From contig JBHIBS010000042.1 in NCBI GenBank assembly GCA_046759165.1, positions 1 through 12,525 on the forward strand: a stretch of DNA of 12,525 nucleotides. The letters are read 5' to 3'. Within the stretch, counting starts at the first letter, position 1; every line of letters starts with the position of its first letter. The notes below the pieces were generated by a model. That model was not told where the DNA came from, searched no databases, and saw only the letters and a program-made list of their open reading frames with translations. This DNA comes from a bacterium. Lineage in GTDB: Bacteria > UBA6262 > WVXT01. The position numbers were made by a program, and so were the translations under genes. This document shows, piece by piece, positions 1 to 7,652 of this stretch.

Positions 1-29
1 CCCAAATCAATACCTATTATCTTTGCCAT
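1..29 (-). CDS. dnaK: Chaperone DnaK (Hsp70), 5' end only; runs off the window
   Basis: Reverse complement reads ATG GCA AAG ATA ATA GGT ATT GAT TTG GG = MAKIIGIDLG, the DnaK N-terminal phosphate-1 motif. SD AGGAGGT at 36-42. Follows grpE. Confidence 0.96.
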
Positions 30-86
30 TTGATGACCTCCTTTAGAACTAAGTTATCTTTCCACTTCCGAGCCTCTAAATCTCAG

Positions 87-632
87 TTATTTATCTTGTT
101 TTTTAGTCTTGGCTACTACTACCATTGTCGGCCTTATAACCCTCCCGTGGAGAAGGTAACCAGGACGTATTTCCCTTAATATCTCGTTATCCTTATGCTT
201 ATCCGATTCTTGATACTCAACTGCATAATGTAAATTTGGGTCAAACTTTTCTCCCTGAACCTCCAGTTTCTTTAATCCCTCTCTTTCCAGTACTTCTTTA
301 AACTGTTTGTGAATTAACTTTACTCCTTCTTTAATCGATTTAGCTTCATTTTTCTCATCTTTGGTTGAATCTAAAGCGAGGTCGAAACTGTCCAGTATGC
401 TAAGGAGCTCAGCTACCAGTTCTTCTTTACCAAATTTAATCAATTTTTCCTTCTCTTTTTCGATTCTCTTTCGATAGTTGTCGAACTCCGCCTTAAGCCT
501 CAAAAGCTGGTCGTAGTAGCTATCAGCTAACCTCTTCTTCTCTTCAAACGACTGTCTCAATATCTCGAGTTCGCTCAGTTTATTTTCCAGGTGGAAATCC
601 ATTGACGGTTCTGGAGACTTTTCTCCTTTCAT
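87..632 (-). CDS. grpE: Nucleotide exchange factor GrpE
   Basis: Motifs LRLKAEFDNYRKR, GEKFDPNLHYAV and GYLLHGRVIRPTMVVV; lies between hrcA and dnaK. Confidence 0.97.
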   Translation of the reverse strand: MKGEKSPEPSMDFHLENKLSELEILRQSFEEKKRLADSYYDQLLRLKAEFDNYRKRIEKEKEKLIKFGKEELVAELLSILDSFDLALDSTKDEKNEAKSIKEGVKLIHKQFKEVLEREGLKKLEVQGEKFDPNLHYAVEYQESDKHKDNEILREIRPGYLLHGRVIRPTMVVVAKTKKQDK

Positions 633-639
633 TAGATAT

Positions 640-1686
640 TTATTCTCCTTGTGAATTCAATATATTATTAACAACTTTGGCTACGAAATCAACTAAAGCG
701 ACCATCTTTGGATACTCCATTCTTTTAGGCCCAATTATTCCCAATGTACCCATTACGCTATTTCCAGATTTATAGGTAGAACTCACTACACTAAAATCCT
801 CCATTTCGGGATATAAATTCTCCCTGCCAATTAGCACTCTTACACCACCCCTTCTAACAAGTCTTCTCACAATATCGAGAATAATCCTTTTCTCTTCTAT
901 AGCCCGAAAAATAGATCTCACTCCCGCATAATCATATAAGTCTTCTTTAACAGAGGCCAAAATATTAGCTGAACCTTCCAGATATATCTCAGACTCTTCA
1001 GAAGCGAAAGCTTGACCTATCAAGCCCTTTGTAATCTTTAGTAAATTGAGGTATTCATCAGATTCCTGTTCAATTATCCTATTCATCTCTTCTTTCATCT
1101 GAAACAAGGACAAACCAGAGAGTTTATCGTTTAATAACTTAGAGATTTTATATAGTCGATTCCGTTTCAGGTCATAGTTGAGCTGGATAGTCTTATGTCT
1201 GATCAACCCGACCCGAGTGACAAGAACAGCCAATATCCTCTTCTCTCCTAAAGGGACCAACTCAATATGCTTAAGGAAACTTCTATCCAGCGTAGGACCC
1301 AATATAAAGCCAGCATGGTGGGAGATAAGAGACAACATTTTGCTCGTCCGTCGCATGATCTCTTCCAGTCCTTTTCTCTTACCTGGATACTCCCTTTCGA
1401 TTCGCCTTTCCTCTTTGTGAGTCAACTCTTGCACCTCCATCAGGCGATCCACATAAAAACGGTAACCCTTATCTGTGGGAATTCGACCTGCCGAAGTATA
1501 CGGATGAGTCAAATAGCCCTCCTCTTCCAGCTCTGCCAGAACATTGCGAACAGTGGCAGAACTCAAAGGAAAATCATAATCCTTAACAATCATCCTGGAA
1601 GCCACAGGTCTTGCTGTCCTAACATAATGGCGAATTACGACCTGAAGGATTTTCTTTTTTCGATCCCCAAAGCGATTCATATCCAT
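640..1686 (-). CDS. hrcA: Heat-inducible transcription repressor HrcA
   Basis: SSATVRNVLAELEEEGYLTHPYTSAGRIPTDKGYRFYVD and GTLGIIGPKRMEY motifs; SD GAGGT at 1692-1696; CIRCE directly upstream. Confidence 0.98.
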   Translation of the reverse strand: MDMNRFGDRKKKILQVVIRHYVRTARPVASRMIVKDYDFPLSSATVRNVLAELEEEGYLTHPYTSAGRIPTDKGYRFYVDRLMEVQELTHKEERRIEREYPGKRKGLEEIMRRTSKMLSLISHHAGFILGPTLDRSFLKHIELVPLGEKRILAVLVTRVGLIRHKTIQLNYDLKRNRLYKISKLLNDKLSGLSLFQMKEEMNRIIEQESDEYLNLLKITKGLIGQAFASEESEIYLEGSANILASVKEDLYDYAGVRSIFRAIEEKRIILDIVRRLVRRGGVRVLIGRENLYPEMEDFSVVSSTYKSGNSVMGTLGIIGPKRMEYPKMVALVDFVAKVVNNILNSQGE

Positions 1687-1700
1687 CGCTTACCTCGAAA

Positions 1701-1727
1701 TTAGCACTCTTAACAGTTGAGTGCTAA
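1701..1727. promoter_or_regulatory. CIRCE operator (HrcA binding site)
   Basis: TTAGCACTC-ttaacagtt-GAGTGCTAA is a perfect match to TTAGCACTC-N9-GAGTGCTAA, 14 bp upstream of the hrcA ATG. Confidence 0.98.
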
Positions 1728-1734
1728 CAAAACA

Positions 1735-1763
1735 TATATAACATAAAAACTCTATTTTGTCAA
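1735..1763 (-). promoter_or_regulatory. Housekeeping sigma70/sigmaA-type promoter of the hrcA operon
   Basis: Perfect -35 TTGACA (1763-1758), 17-bp spacer ending in TGT (extended -10 TG), then imperfect -10 TATATA (1740-1735). The predicted start site falls at the edge of CIRCE. Confidence 0.75.
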
Positions 1764-1780
1764 GCGCACCAGCCATTTCT

Positions 1781-2695
1781 CTATATAGCCCATTTAATTT
1801 TCGCAGAAATCCCTACCATAATTAGTTCCACCAAGGTTATCCATAACCGAGAAATCAAAGAGATTGCGATCGCCAGAGGCAGAGGGAAAAAGTTATGTAG
1901 GAAGAGAACCAAAACGCCCTCCCTCACTCCAATACCCCCTGGAGCAAATATGCTGACCATCCCTACCACTACTGAGATGGCGAAGGAACCAGCAAGTATC
2001 GGCACCTTCATAAAAGGAAAGGACGATATAGAATTTACCAGAAAAAAGAAGGCGATTCCAAAACAGAGCCAGTTCAAGAAATAGTATCCAAGAAGAGTGG
2101 CCAGTTGTGAAAAAGTCAGCTCTATTTTCACCTTCTCCTTTTTAAGAATGGTAAGGAAGAAATTCAAAACCTTTGATAATATTTTAGGGTGAACTGCGAC
2201 AAGTAATAATATAGCAGTCATGCCCAGATAGACTGGCTGCACAGTTAGCCCATAGTCCCTCTCCATTAAAAGTCCAGTCAAAAAGACCAAAATTCCGGCT
2301 ACTGTGGTAAGTCCAACCTCAAGCCCTATGGCGAAAAAAGAAGTACTTTTAGAGATTGCCAATTTCTGGCAGAGTAGAACCTTGGCGGCCAAAACCCAGA
2401 ACTTTCCTGGAAGATATTTTCCCAGCTGTGAGTAGAAAACAATTTTGAATCCCTGCGAAAAGGGTAGTTCTGCACCAAGATTTTTCAAAATTGCCAGCCA
2501 ACAAGCCACGAAGAAGCAAAAATACAGCATGAGTACCGGTACCGATAAAAGTAAAGGCAACCATCTAAAATTGAGCTTATGAAGATCGATTTGATTCCAG
2601 GTCCGAAATAGACCAGCAATCAGGAAAAACAAGATTAATAAGGCTATTGCAATTTTCAGTACGGTTTTGAGGGAATCCTTAATTTTGATTTGCAA
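1781..2695 (-). CDS. UPF0104 / lysylphosphatidylglycerol synthase TM-domain (flippase-like) membrane protein
   Basis: About 8 hydrophobic segments with family motifs SQLGKYLPGK, APGGIGVREG and SRLW; TTG start. Confidence 0.85.
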   Translation of the reverse strand: MQIKIKDSLKTVLKIAIALLILFFLIAGLFRTWNQIDLHKLNFRWLPLLLSVPVLMLYFCFFVACWLAILKNLGAELPFSQGFKIVFYSQLGKYLPGKFWVLAAKVLLCQKLAISKSTSFFAIGLEVGLTTVAGILVFLTGLLMERDYGLTVQPVYLGMTAILLLVAVHPKILSKVLNFFLTILKKEKVKIELTFSQLATLLGYYFLNWLCFGIAFFFLVNSISSFPFMKVPILAGSFAISVVVGMVSIFAPGGIGVREGVLVLFLHNFFPLPLAIAISLISRLWITLVELIMVGISAKIKWAI

Positions 2696-2713
2696 TTTTC
2701 CGCTTGTAAAGAT

Positions 2714-3430
2714 TTAGGTTTTTGCACCACGTACACAAATTCGATATTTAAATAAATCCCCTAATAATGGAATTGGTTGCATTAGTAACTCGACATATTT
2801 GAAAAACGGAAAAGGACTAATTGTAAAATAAGCCATATCAATTTTAAATCCATATGCTTTCAATGGAGATATAATTTCTTTCATCGATTTTACAGAAACA
2901 TGTTCAGGAAATTGTTTTAAAATAAAATTCTTTGCTTTTAAGCGCTCAATAATATGAGTTTTACAGGGAGTGTAAATAGATAGTGTGCCCCCTTTTTTTA
3001 AAACCCGCGATGTTTCCTGAATCATCTTTTCAAATACATCTTGATAGAGATGTTCTACTAAATCCGTAGCCACAGCTTTATCAAAATATTCGTCATCAAA
3101 AACAGATAAATCACCAACGTCGCATATAAGAAAATGCAGATTTTTATAATTCTTGTATAATTCTTTAGTTTTCTGAATGGCCAACGGTGAAAGGTCGATG
3201 CCCATAACATCAGCGCCAAATTTACCACAAAAATGAGAAGTAGAACCAGTAGCACATCCTAAGTCAAGAATTCTATCTTCTGGTTTAGGTTGAACCATTT
3301 TCAGTATCTGTTCCATTCTCAATCTGGCAAATGGAGTGAAACTCACATAGTCCTTAGTGATTAACGCATAATAATGTTCATCATATGGTGTTTTAGAAAA
3401 GACAGGCATTTTAAGATTTTTCTCAATCAT
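2714..3430 (-). CDS. Class I SAM-dependent methyltransferase
   Basis: Motif I ILDLGCATG, post-I VMGIDLS, FD...D-LVEHL and RVLKKGG.L.IYTP. Confidence 0.9.
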   Translation of the reverse strand: MIEKNLKMPVFSKTPYDEHYYALITKDYVSFTPFARLRMEQILKMVQPKPEDRILDLGCATGSTSHFCGKFGADVMGIDLSPLAIQKTKELYKNYKNLHFLICDVGDLSVFDDEYFDKAVATDLVEHLYQDVFEKMIQETSRVLKKGGTLSIYTPCKTHIIERLKAKNFILKQFPEHVSVKSMKEIISPLKAYGFKIDMAYFTISPFPFFKYVELLMQPIPLLGDLFKYRICVRGAKT

Positions 3431-3432
3431 TC

Positions 3433-4683
3433 CTAATCTTCACGATTTACTGTAAATATTTCTTTCATAAGACGCTCATATTTTTTTCCTACTTTTTCCC
3501 AGTCATATCGGCGGGCAGTCTGACGCGCTCTTTTTCCCATTTCTTCAACATCAAATTGGGTAAAAGCCTTTACAATTTTATCGGCGATATCCGCCGGACT
3601 TTTGGGAATCGTCAATAATCCGTTGTATCCATTTTTCACCGATTCTGGAATGCCTCCGATGTTACTGGCTATTACTGGTTTTCCACAAGACATCGCTTCT
3701 AATATCACCATACCTAATGTTTCAGTATGGCCATATTTATCAAATATAGACGGTAAAATTAATAAATCACAAATATTATAATAATCAATTAATTCATCAT
3801 GTTTCTTAATCCCCAAGAACGACACATAGGAAGAGAGATTTAACTTATTTACCTTATTTTTTAATTTTTTCTCTAGATTACCACTACCTATAATTAATAA
3901 TTTTAAATCAAATAATTTCTTGGTGACTATTTTCATTGCATCGATTAAATATTCTATACCTTTCTTTTCGACCAGCCTTCCAACAAAGAGTAAAATATAT
4001 TTTGTCCTTATGTTATAGTTTTCTTTCAATTTGATAGGATCTTTCGAAACAAAAATATCCGTATTTATACCCATAGGACAAACTGTTGCTTTCGTATTAT
4101 AACTTACTAATTTATCTAAATTCGATTTTACGAAAGAACTTACCGCGATCATATGATCACTATTTCTTACGATAAATCGAGCGACGTGTTTCCCGAATGG
4201 GAATCTCTTTAAAGCAAATAATCCAGCTGCATGGATTGTGACTATGTGGGGTAGTCCCAAAATTTTTCTGACCAGTGCCCCATTTAAACCCTGGGCGACC
4301 ATCCAATGAGAATTTACAATATTTATTTTTTCTTTCTTTATAAGCCAAATCAGAGAAAATAGTTGGAAAAAGAAAAAGAAAAGTAATTGAAGTTTGGCTA
4401 ATAAACTATGCCGGATATTGGCAGGTATTCCGGAACCGTAGCAGAGTTTTTGTAATGCGAATGGAAAGAAATAAGAAAACCTATAAACTTTAATTCCATC
4501 TAATTCTTCAGACCTCTTAACCTTTGGGGCATGTGGAGCGAGAACAAATACTGCCAAGTCTCGTTTTATTAATTCTTTAGTTAAAGATAGAATAAAATTA
4601 CCGGATAAATCTCCTTCATATCGTGGAAATCCGCTGGTTAATATGCAAATCTTGAACCTGTAGTTTTTTTTACCATTACTCAT
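3433..4683 (-). CDS. Glycosyltransferase family 4 (GT-B, retaining)
   Basis: LFVGRLVEKKG, ETLGMVILEAMSCGKPVIASNIGGIPE (EX7E motif) and N-terminal LTSGFPR...D..G.F. Confidence 0.93.
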   Translation of the reverse strand: MSNGKKNYRFKICILTSGFPRYEGDLSGNFILSLTKELIKRDLAVFVLAPHAPKVKRSEELDGIKVYRFSYFFPFALQKLCYGSGIPANIRHSLLAKLQLLFFFFFQLFSLIWLIKKEKINIVNSHWMVAQGLNGALVRKILGLPHIVTIHAAGLFALKRFPFGKHVARFIVRNSDHMIAVSSFVKSNLDKLVSYNTKATVCPMGINTDIFVSKDPIKLKENYNIRTKYILLFVGRLVEKKGIEYLIDAMKIVTKKLFDLKLLIIGSGNLEKKLKNKVNKLNLSSYVSFLGIKKHDELIDYYNICDLLILPSIFDKYGHTETLGMVILEAMSCGKPVIASNIGGIPESVKNGYNGLLTIPKSPADIADKIVKAFTQFDVEEMGKRARQTARRYDWEKVGKKYERLMKEIFTVNRED

Positions 4684-4702
4684 TCATAAACACTTATTCT
4701 TC

Positions 4703-4817
4703 CTAATGCATATCGAATATCTTATAATAACCGGAAGCGACTTTGGTGAGCAGGGAAATAATAGAATTGCCACTAGCCTTATTCTGGCATATCTTCAAAG
4801 ACGCCTTTCTCGATCAA
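4703..4817 (-). pseudogene. Frameshifted internal fragment of a second GT2 glycosyltransferase
   Basis: Reads LIEKGVFEDMP/IRL/GNSIISLLTKVASGYYKIFDMH* across two -1 frameshifts. 12/20 identical to GNAFLSLLTKIASGYWHVAD of the intact GT2 (5539-5598). Confidence 0.85.
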
Positions 4818-4999
4818 GACTCCGACTCTAATATTTCTTATTCCATGAATAATAAAATCTAAATTTAACATAAGTTCCACAGTTGCATATATATTTGTTT
4901 ATATAAACTAAAAGACTTTCTGTTTTGCCAGTCTTTAATCTTTTTGGACTCATTCTATCTCTTACAATTTTTTGGTAAGGAAATAAAAATGTTCCCCAC

Positions 5000-5064
5000 T
5001 TAAGGAATGTGATACCGGTCCTCAACATCCACAGGAACAACTAATATTGATTCTTTTTTGCCAC
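5000..5064 (-). pseudogene. 5' remnant of a polysaccharide deacetylase (CE4/NodB-like) gene
   Basis: GTG directly after the GT2 stop. Adding one A to the A6 run gives MAKKESILVVPVDVEDRYHIP*, resembling the (T)VDVEDW(Y/F)H motif-1 of CE4 deacetylases. Confidence 0.55.
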
Positions 5065-6030
5065 TTACTTCAGGTCTTTATTATATTCCATATCGAACCA
5101 CATAGCAAACAGAAGAAATTGCAATCCTGCGATAATCAACAAAGTCGCAAAAAGAGCACTAGATGCTGCAACACGACCTACAAAGAGCCTATAAAAGAAC
5201 ATATAGAATCCAAAAGCCGTCCCAATTGTCGTACATGGTATTCCTAAAACATAGAAGAAAATTAAAGGGTGGAAATCTCTGATAATATACTTTTCCTTCA
5301 TTCTCCAAAAGAACATCCGTAATAACAGGAAGGAGAGTGTAAAAACAATTTTCCACATTTTGACACCAGATTTCTCCCCAATATTGTAAATAGCTCTAAT
5401 AGGAATATCTTTTACTCGAAAATAATGAACATTCAACCTGACCAAAAAATCGTTGGGCATACCAAATCTCTTATAAACCTTATCCGGGTTCACGACCTTG
5501 AGGGCTTTTAGAGAAATAGCAGTATAGCCACATTGAAAATCTGCCACATGCCAATATCCGGATGCAATTTTGGTAAGTAGTGAAAGGAAAGCGTTCCCTA
5601 GATATCTCCTTTTCGGCATCAACTGCCATGTACCGCCTGTAATCAGTCTATTACCTTTTGTGTAATCGGCTTCGCCATCAACCACAGGGTTAAGTAATTT
5701 GGAAAGGTCCCTTGGGTCCATTTGAGCGTCACCTGCCATGATCGCAGTAACATCCATATTGTTATCTCTAGCCCATTTATAACCAGTAACTATTGCTCCC
5801 CCAACTCCCTGGTTCTTCTCGTGTTCTAACAAAATTAACCTCCCACCCAATCCCTCTTCAAATTTCTTCACTTCTCCCACTGTATTGTCTTTGCTCGCAT
5901 CGTCTACAACAACTATCTTATCAACCCAATCCGGCATCGTTTCCAAAACTTTGCCAATAAGTTTCTCTTCATTATAAGCTGGGACAACCACAGCAATTGT
6001 CTTTTCTCTATACATATTCTCTCCTTCCAT
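5065..6030 (-). CDS. Glycosyltransferase family 2, DPM1/polyprenol-phosphate glycosyltransferase-like, with 2 C-terminal TM helices
   Basis: VVVPAYNEE, VVVDDASKD, NQGVGGA, MAGDAQMDP, KGNR and D.QCGY motifs plus a hydrophobic C-terminus. True start may be ATG 6015 (AAGGAG upstream). Confidence 0.92.
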   Translation of the reverse strand: MEGENMYREKTIAVVVPAYNEEKLIGKVLETMPDWVDKIVVVDDASKDNTVGEVKKFEEGLGGRLILLEHEKNQGVGGAIVTGYKWARDNNMDVTAIMAGDAQMDPRDLSKLLNPVVDGEADYTKGNRLITGGTWQLMPKRRYLGNAFLSLLTKIASGYWHVADFQCGYTAISLKALKVVNPDKVYKRFGMPNDFLVRLNVHYFRVKDIPIRAIYNIGEKSGVKMWKIVFTLSFLLLRMFFWRMKEKYIIRDFHPLIFFYVLGIPCTTIGTAFGFYMFFYRLFVGRVAASSALFATLLIIAGLQFLLFAMWFDMEYNKDLK

Positions 6031-6054
6031 AATCCATTCCTATGCCTCCCGAGA

Positions 6055-6648
6055 TCACTTCACTCTCTTTACTTGTTCTCCTTCTTTTTCATATCGACTG
6101 TGACAGTTTTGACATTCTGCTTTATTAATAATAAATTGCAATTTGATGCCACATTCACACATCCACCCCTGGACCCTTGCTGGATTACCGTAAGCCAATC
6201 CGTAATCAGGGACATCTTTTGTTACAACTGCGCCTGCTCCAATGAATGCATATGTTCCTATAGCAATACCGCAGAGGATCGTTGCATTGGCCCCAATGGT
6301 TGCACCCCGTTTGACTAAGGTCTTCTGGTATTCGTCTAATCTACGAGGATAATCAGAACGAGGATTAATCACATTGATAAATACCATCGACGGACCGCAG
6401 AAAACGCCGTCTTCTAAAGTAACATTCTTATATACAGAGACATTATTTTGAATTTTGACATTGTTTCCAATTTTTACATCACTATCTATATATACATTTT
6501 GACCAATTTTACAATTTCTGCCAATCTGTGCTCCTTTCATGATGTGACAAAAATGCCATATCTTGGTGCCTTTGCCTATTTGAACTAGTTCATCTACATA
6601 TGCAGATTCGTGTACGAAATAATCTTTTTTCTCCTCTCGACTCATCAT
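6055..6648 (-). CDS. Hexapeptide-repeat NDP-3-amino-sugar N-acetyltransferase (WbpD/WlbB-like)
   Basis: [48 protein letters not shown] and GNPAR..GW motifs; ATGA overlap with the upstream gene. Confidence 0.88.
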   Translation of the reverse strand: MMSREEKKDYFVHESAYVDELVQIGKGTKIWHFCHIMKGAQIGRNCKIGQNVYIDSDVKIGNNVKIQNNVSVYKNVTLEDGVFCGPSMVFINVINPRSDYPRRLDEYQKTLVKRGATIGANATILCGIAIGTYAFIGAGAVVTKDVPDYGLAYGNPARVQGWMCECGIKLQFIINKAECQNCHSRYEKEGEQVKRVK

Positions 6649-7652
6649 TCCCCCAATTTCACTAAAGCCCCGTAATTCTCCATCGACTTCTGCGCCGCCT
6701 CCAGAACACGGACTACTCGTAAGCCATCTGCGCCATCAGTGAAGGGCTTCTTATTCTTCCTAATGCATTCTAAGAAGTGTTGGCACTCAATTTTAAGGGG
6801 CTCCTTCATATCTACTTTAGGTATAATGATGTCGCCAATCCTTAATGTGATGGACTCTCCATAGGATGCGTATTTCCCTGGAGAATCGGCCCCTTTGTCA
6901 TAGATTTTAATCTTTTCAGAACTTTCCATGTCATCAAACACGACCATCTTCTTGCTTCCTACAATTGTGGTCTTCCTAATCTTATGTGGGTCAAGCCAGC
7001 TAATATGAACTTGGGCTATTCTCTTATCCTTAAAATGTAGGTTCACAAAGACAACGTCTTCTATATTCTCTTGCAGATAAGATTGCCCTAAGGCATTTAC
7101 ACTTTCTGGTTCTTCCTTTAAAAGATAGAGTATAACCGATACATCATGAGGGCCAAAACTCCATAATGCATTTTCATAACGTCTTATTTCCCCTAAATTT
7201 ACTCTCTGAGAGTAAATGTAATAAATCCTCCCTAATTCTCCACTATCTATGAGCTCTTTCAATTTACGAACTGCAGGATGATACTCAAGCAGGTGTCCAA
7301 CCATTAGGATGCGATTTTTAGCTTTGGCAATGCCAATTAAGTCTTTGCATTTGTGGCTATTGAGAGCTAACGGCTTCTCCACCAAGACATGTTTACCGGA
7401 AAGCAGACATTCCTTGGTAATCTGATAATGATATTGTGCTTCAGTGGCTATTGCAATTGCTTCTAACTCAGAATTTCTAAGTAAGATTCTGTAGTCTTGG
7501 GTTGTGTTTATATTCCGAAAAGACGCTTTGATAGAATCGAGGCGGTCTTTTCTCTTCTCACAAATTGTATGGAGATTACACCCTGGTAGCTCAAAAAAGA
7601 CTCTGGCCAAGTTGGGACCCCAGTATCCTGCACCTATAAGCGCTACGTTCAT
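6645..7652 (-). CDS. Gfo/Idh/MocA NAD-dependent oxidoreductase (probable NDP-sugar C3 dehydrogenase)
   Basis: [10 protein letters not shown] Rossmann motif, GKHVLVEKP and PHDVS; TAATG overlap with the upstream GT-C gene. Substrate inferred from context. Confidence 0.9.
   Translation of the reverse strand: MNVALIGAGYWGPNLARVFFELPGCNLHTICEKRKDRLDSIKASFRNINTTQDYRILLRNSELEAIAIATEAQYHYQITKECLLSGKHVLVEKPLALNSHKCKDLIGIAKAKNRILMVGHLLEYHPAVRKLKELIDSGELGRIYYIYSQRVNLGEIRRYENALWSFGPHDVSVILYLLKEEPESVNALGQSYLQENIEDVVFVNLHFKDKRIAQVHISWLDPHKIRKTTIVGSKKMVVFDDMESSEKIKIYDKGADSPGKYASYGESITLRIGDIIIPKVDMKEPLKIECQHFLECIRKNKKPFTDGADGLRVVRVLEAAQKSMENYGALVKLGE

Noticed and set aside
1178-1704. Plus-strand ORFs 1178-1420 and 1267-1704
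   Set aside because: Antisense shadows of hrcA with no recognisable motifs.
2349-4348. Nested minus-strand ORFs 2349-2564, 3058-3255 and 4160-4348
   Set aside because: Short alternative frames inside well-supported genes.
4828-5040. 70-aa minus-strand ORF
   Set aside because: TTG start with no SD or motif. The recognisable signal here (VDVEDRYH) is in another frame, so it is likely a chance ORF in decayed DNA.
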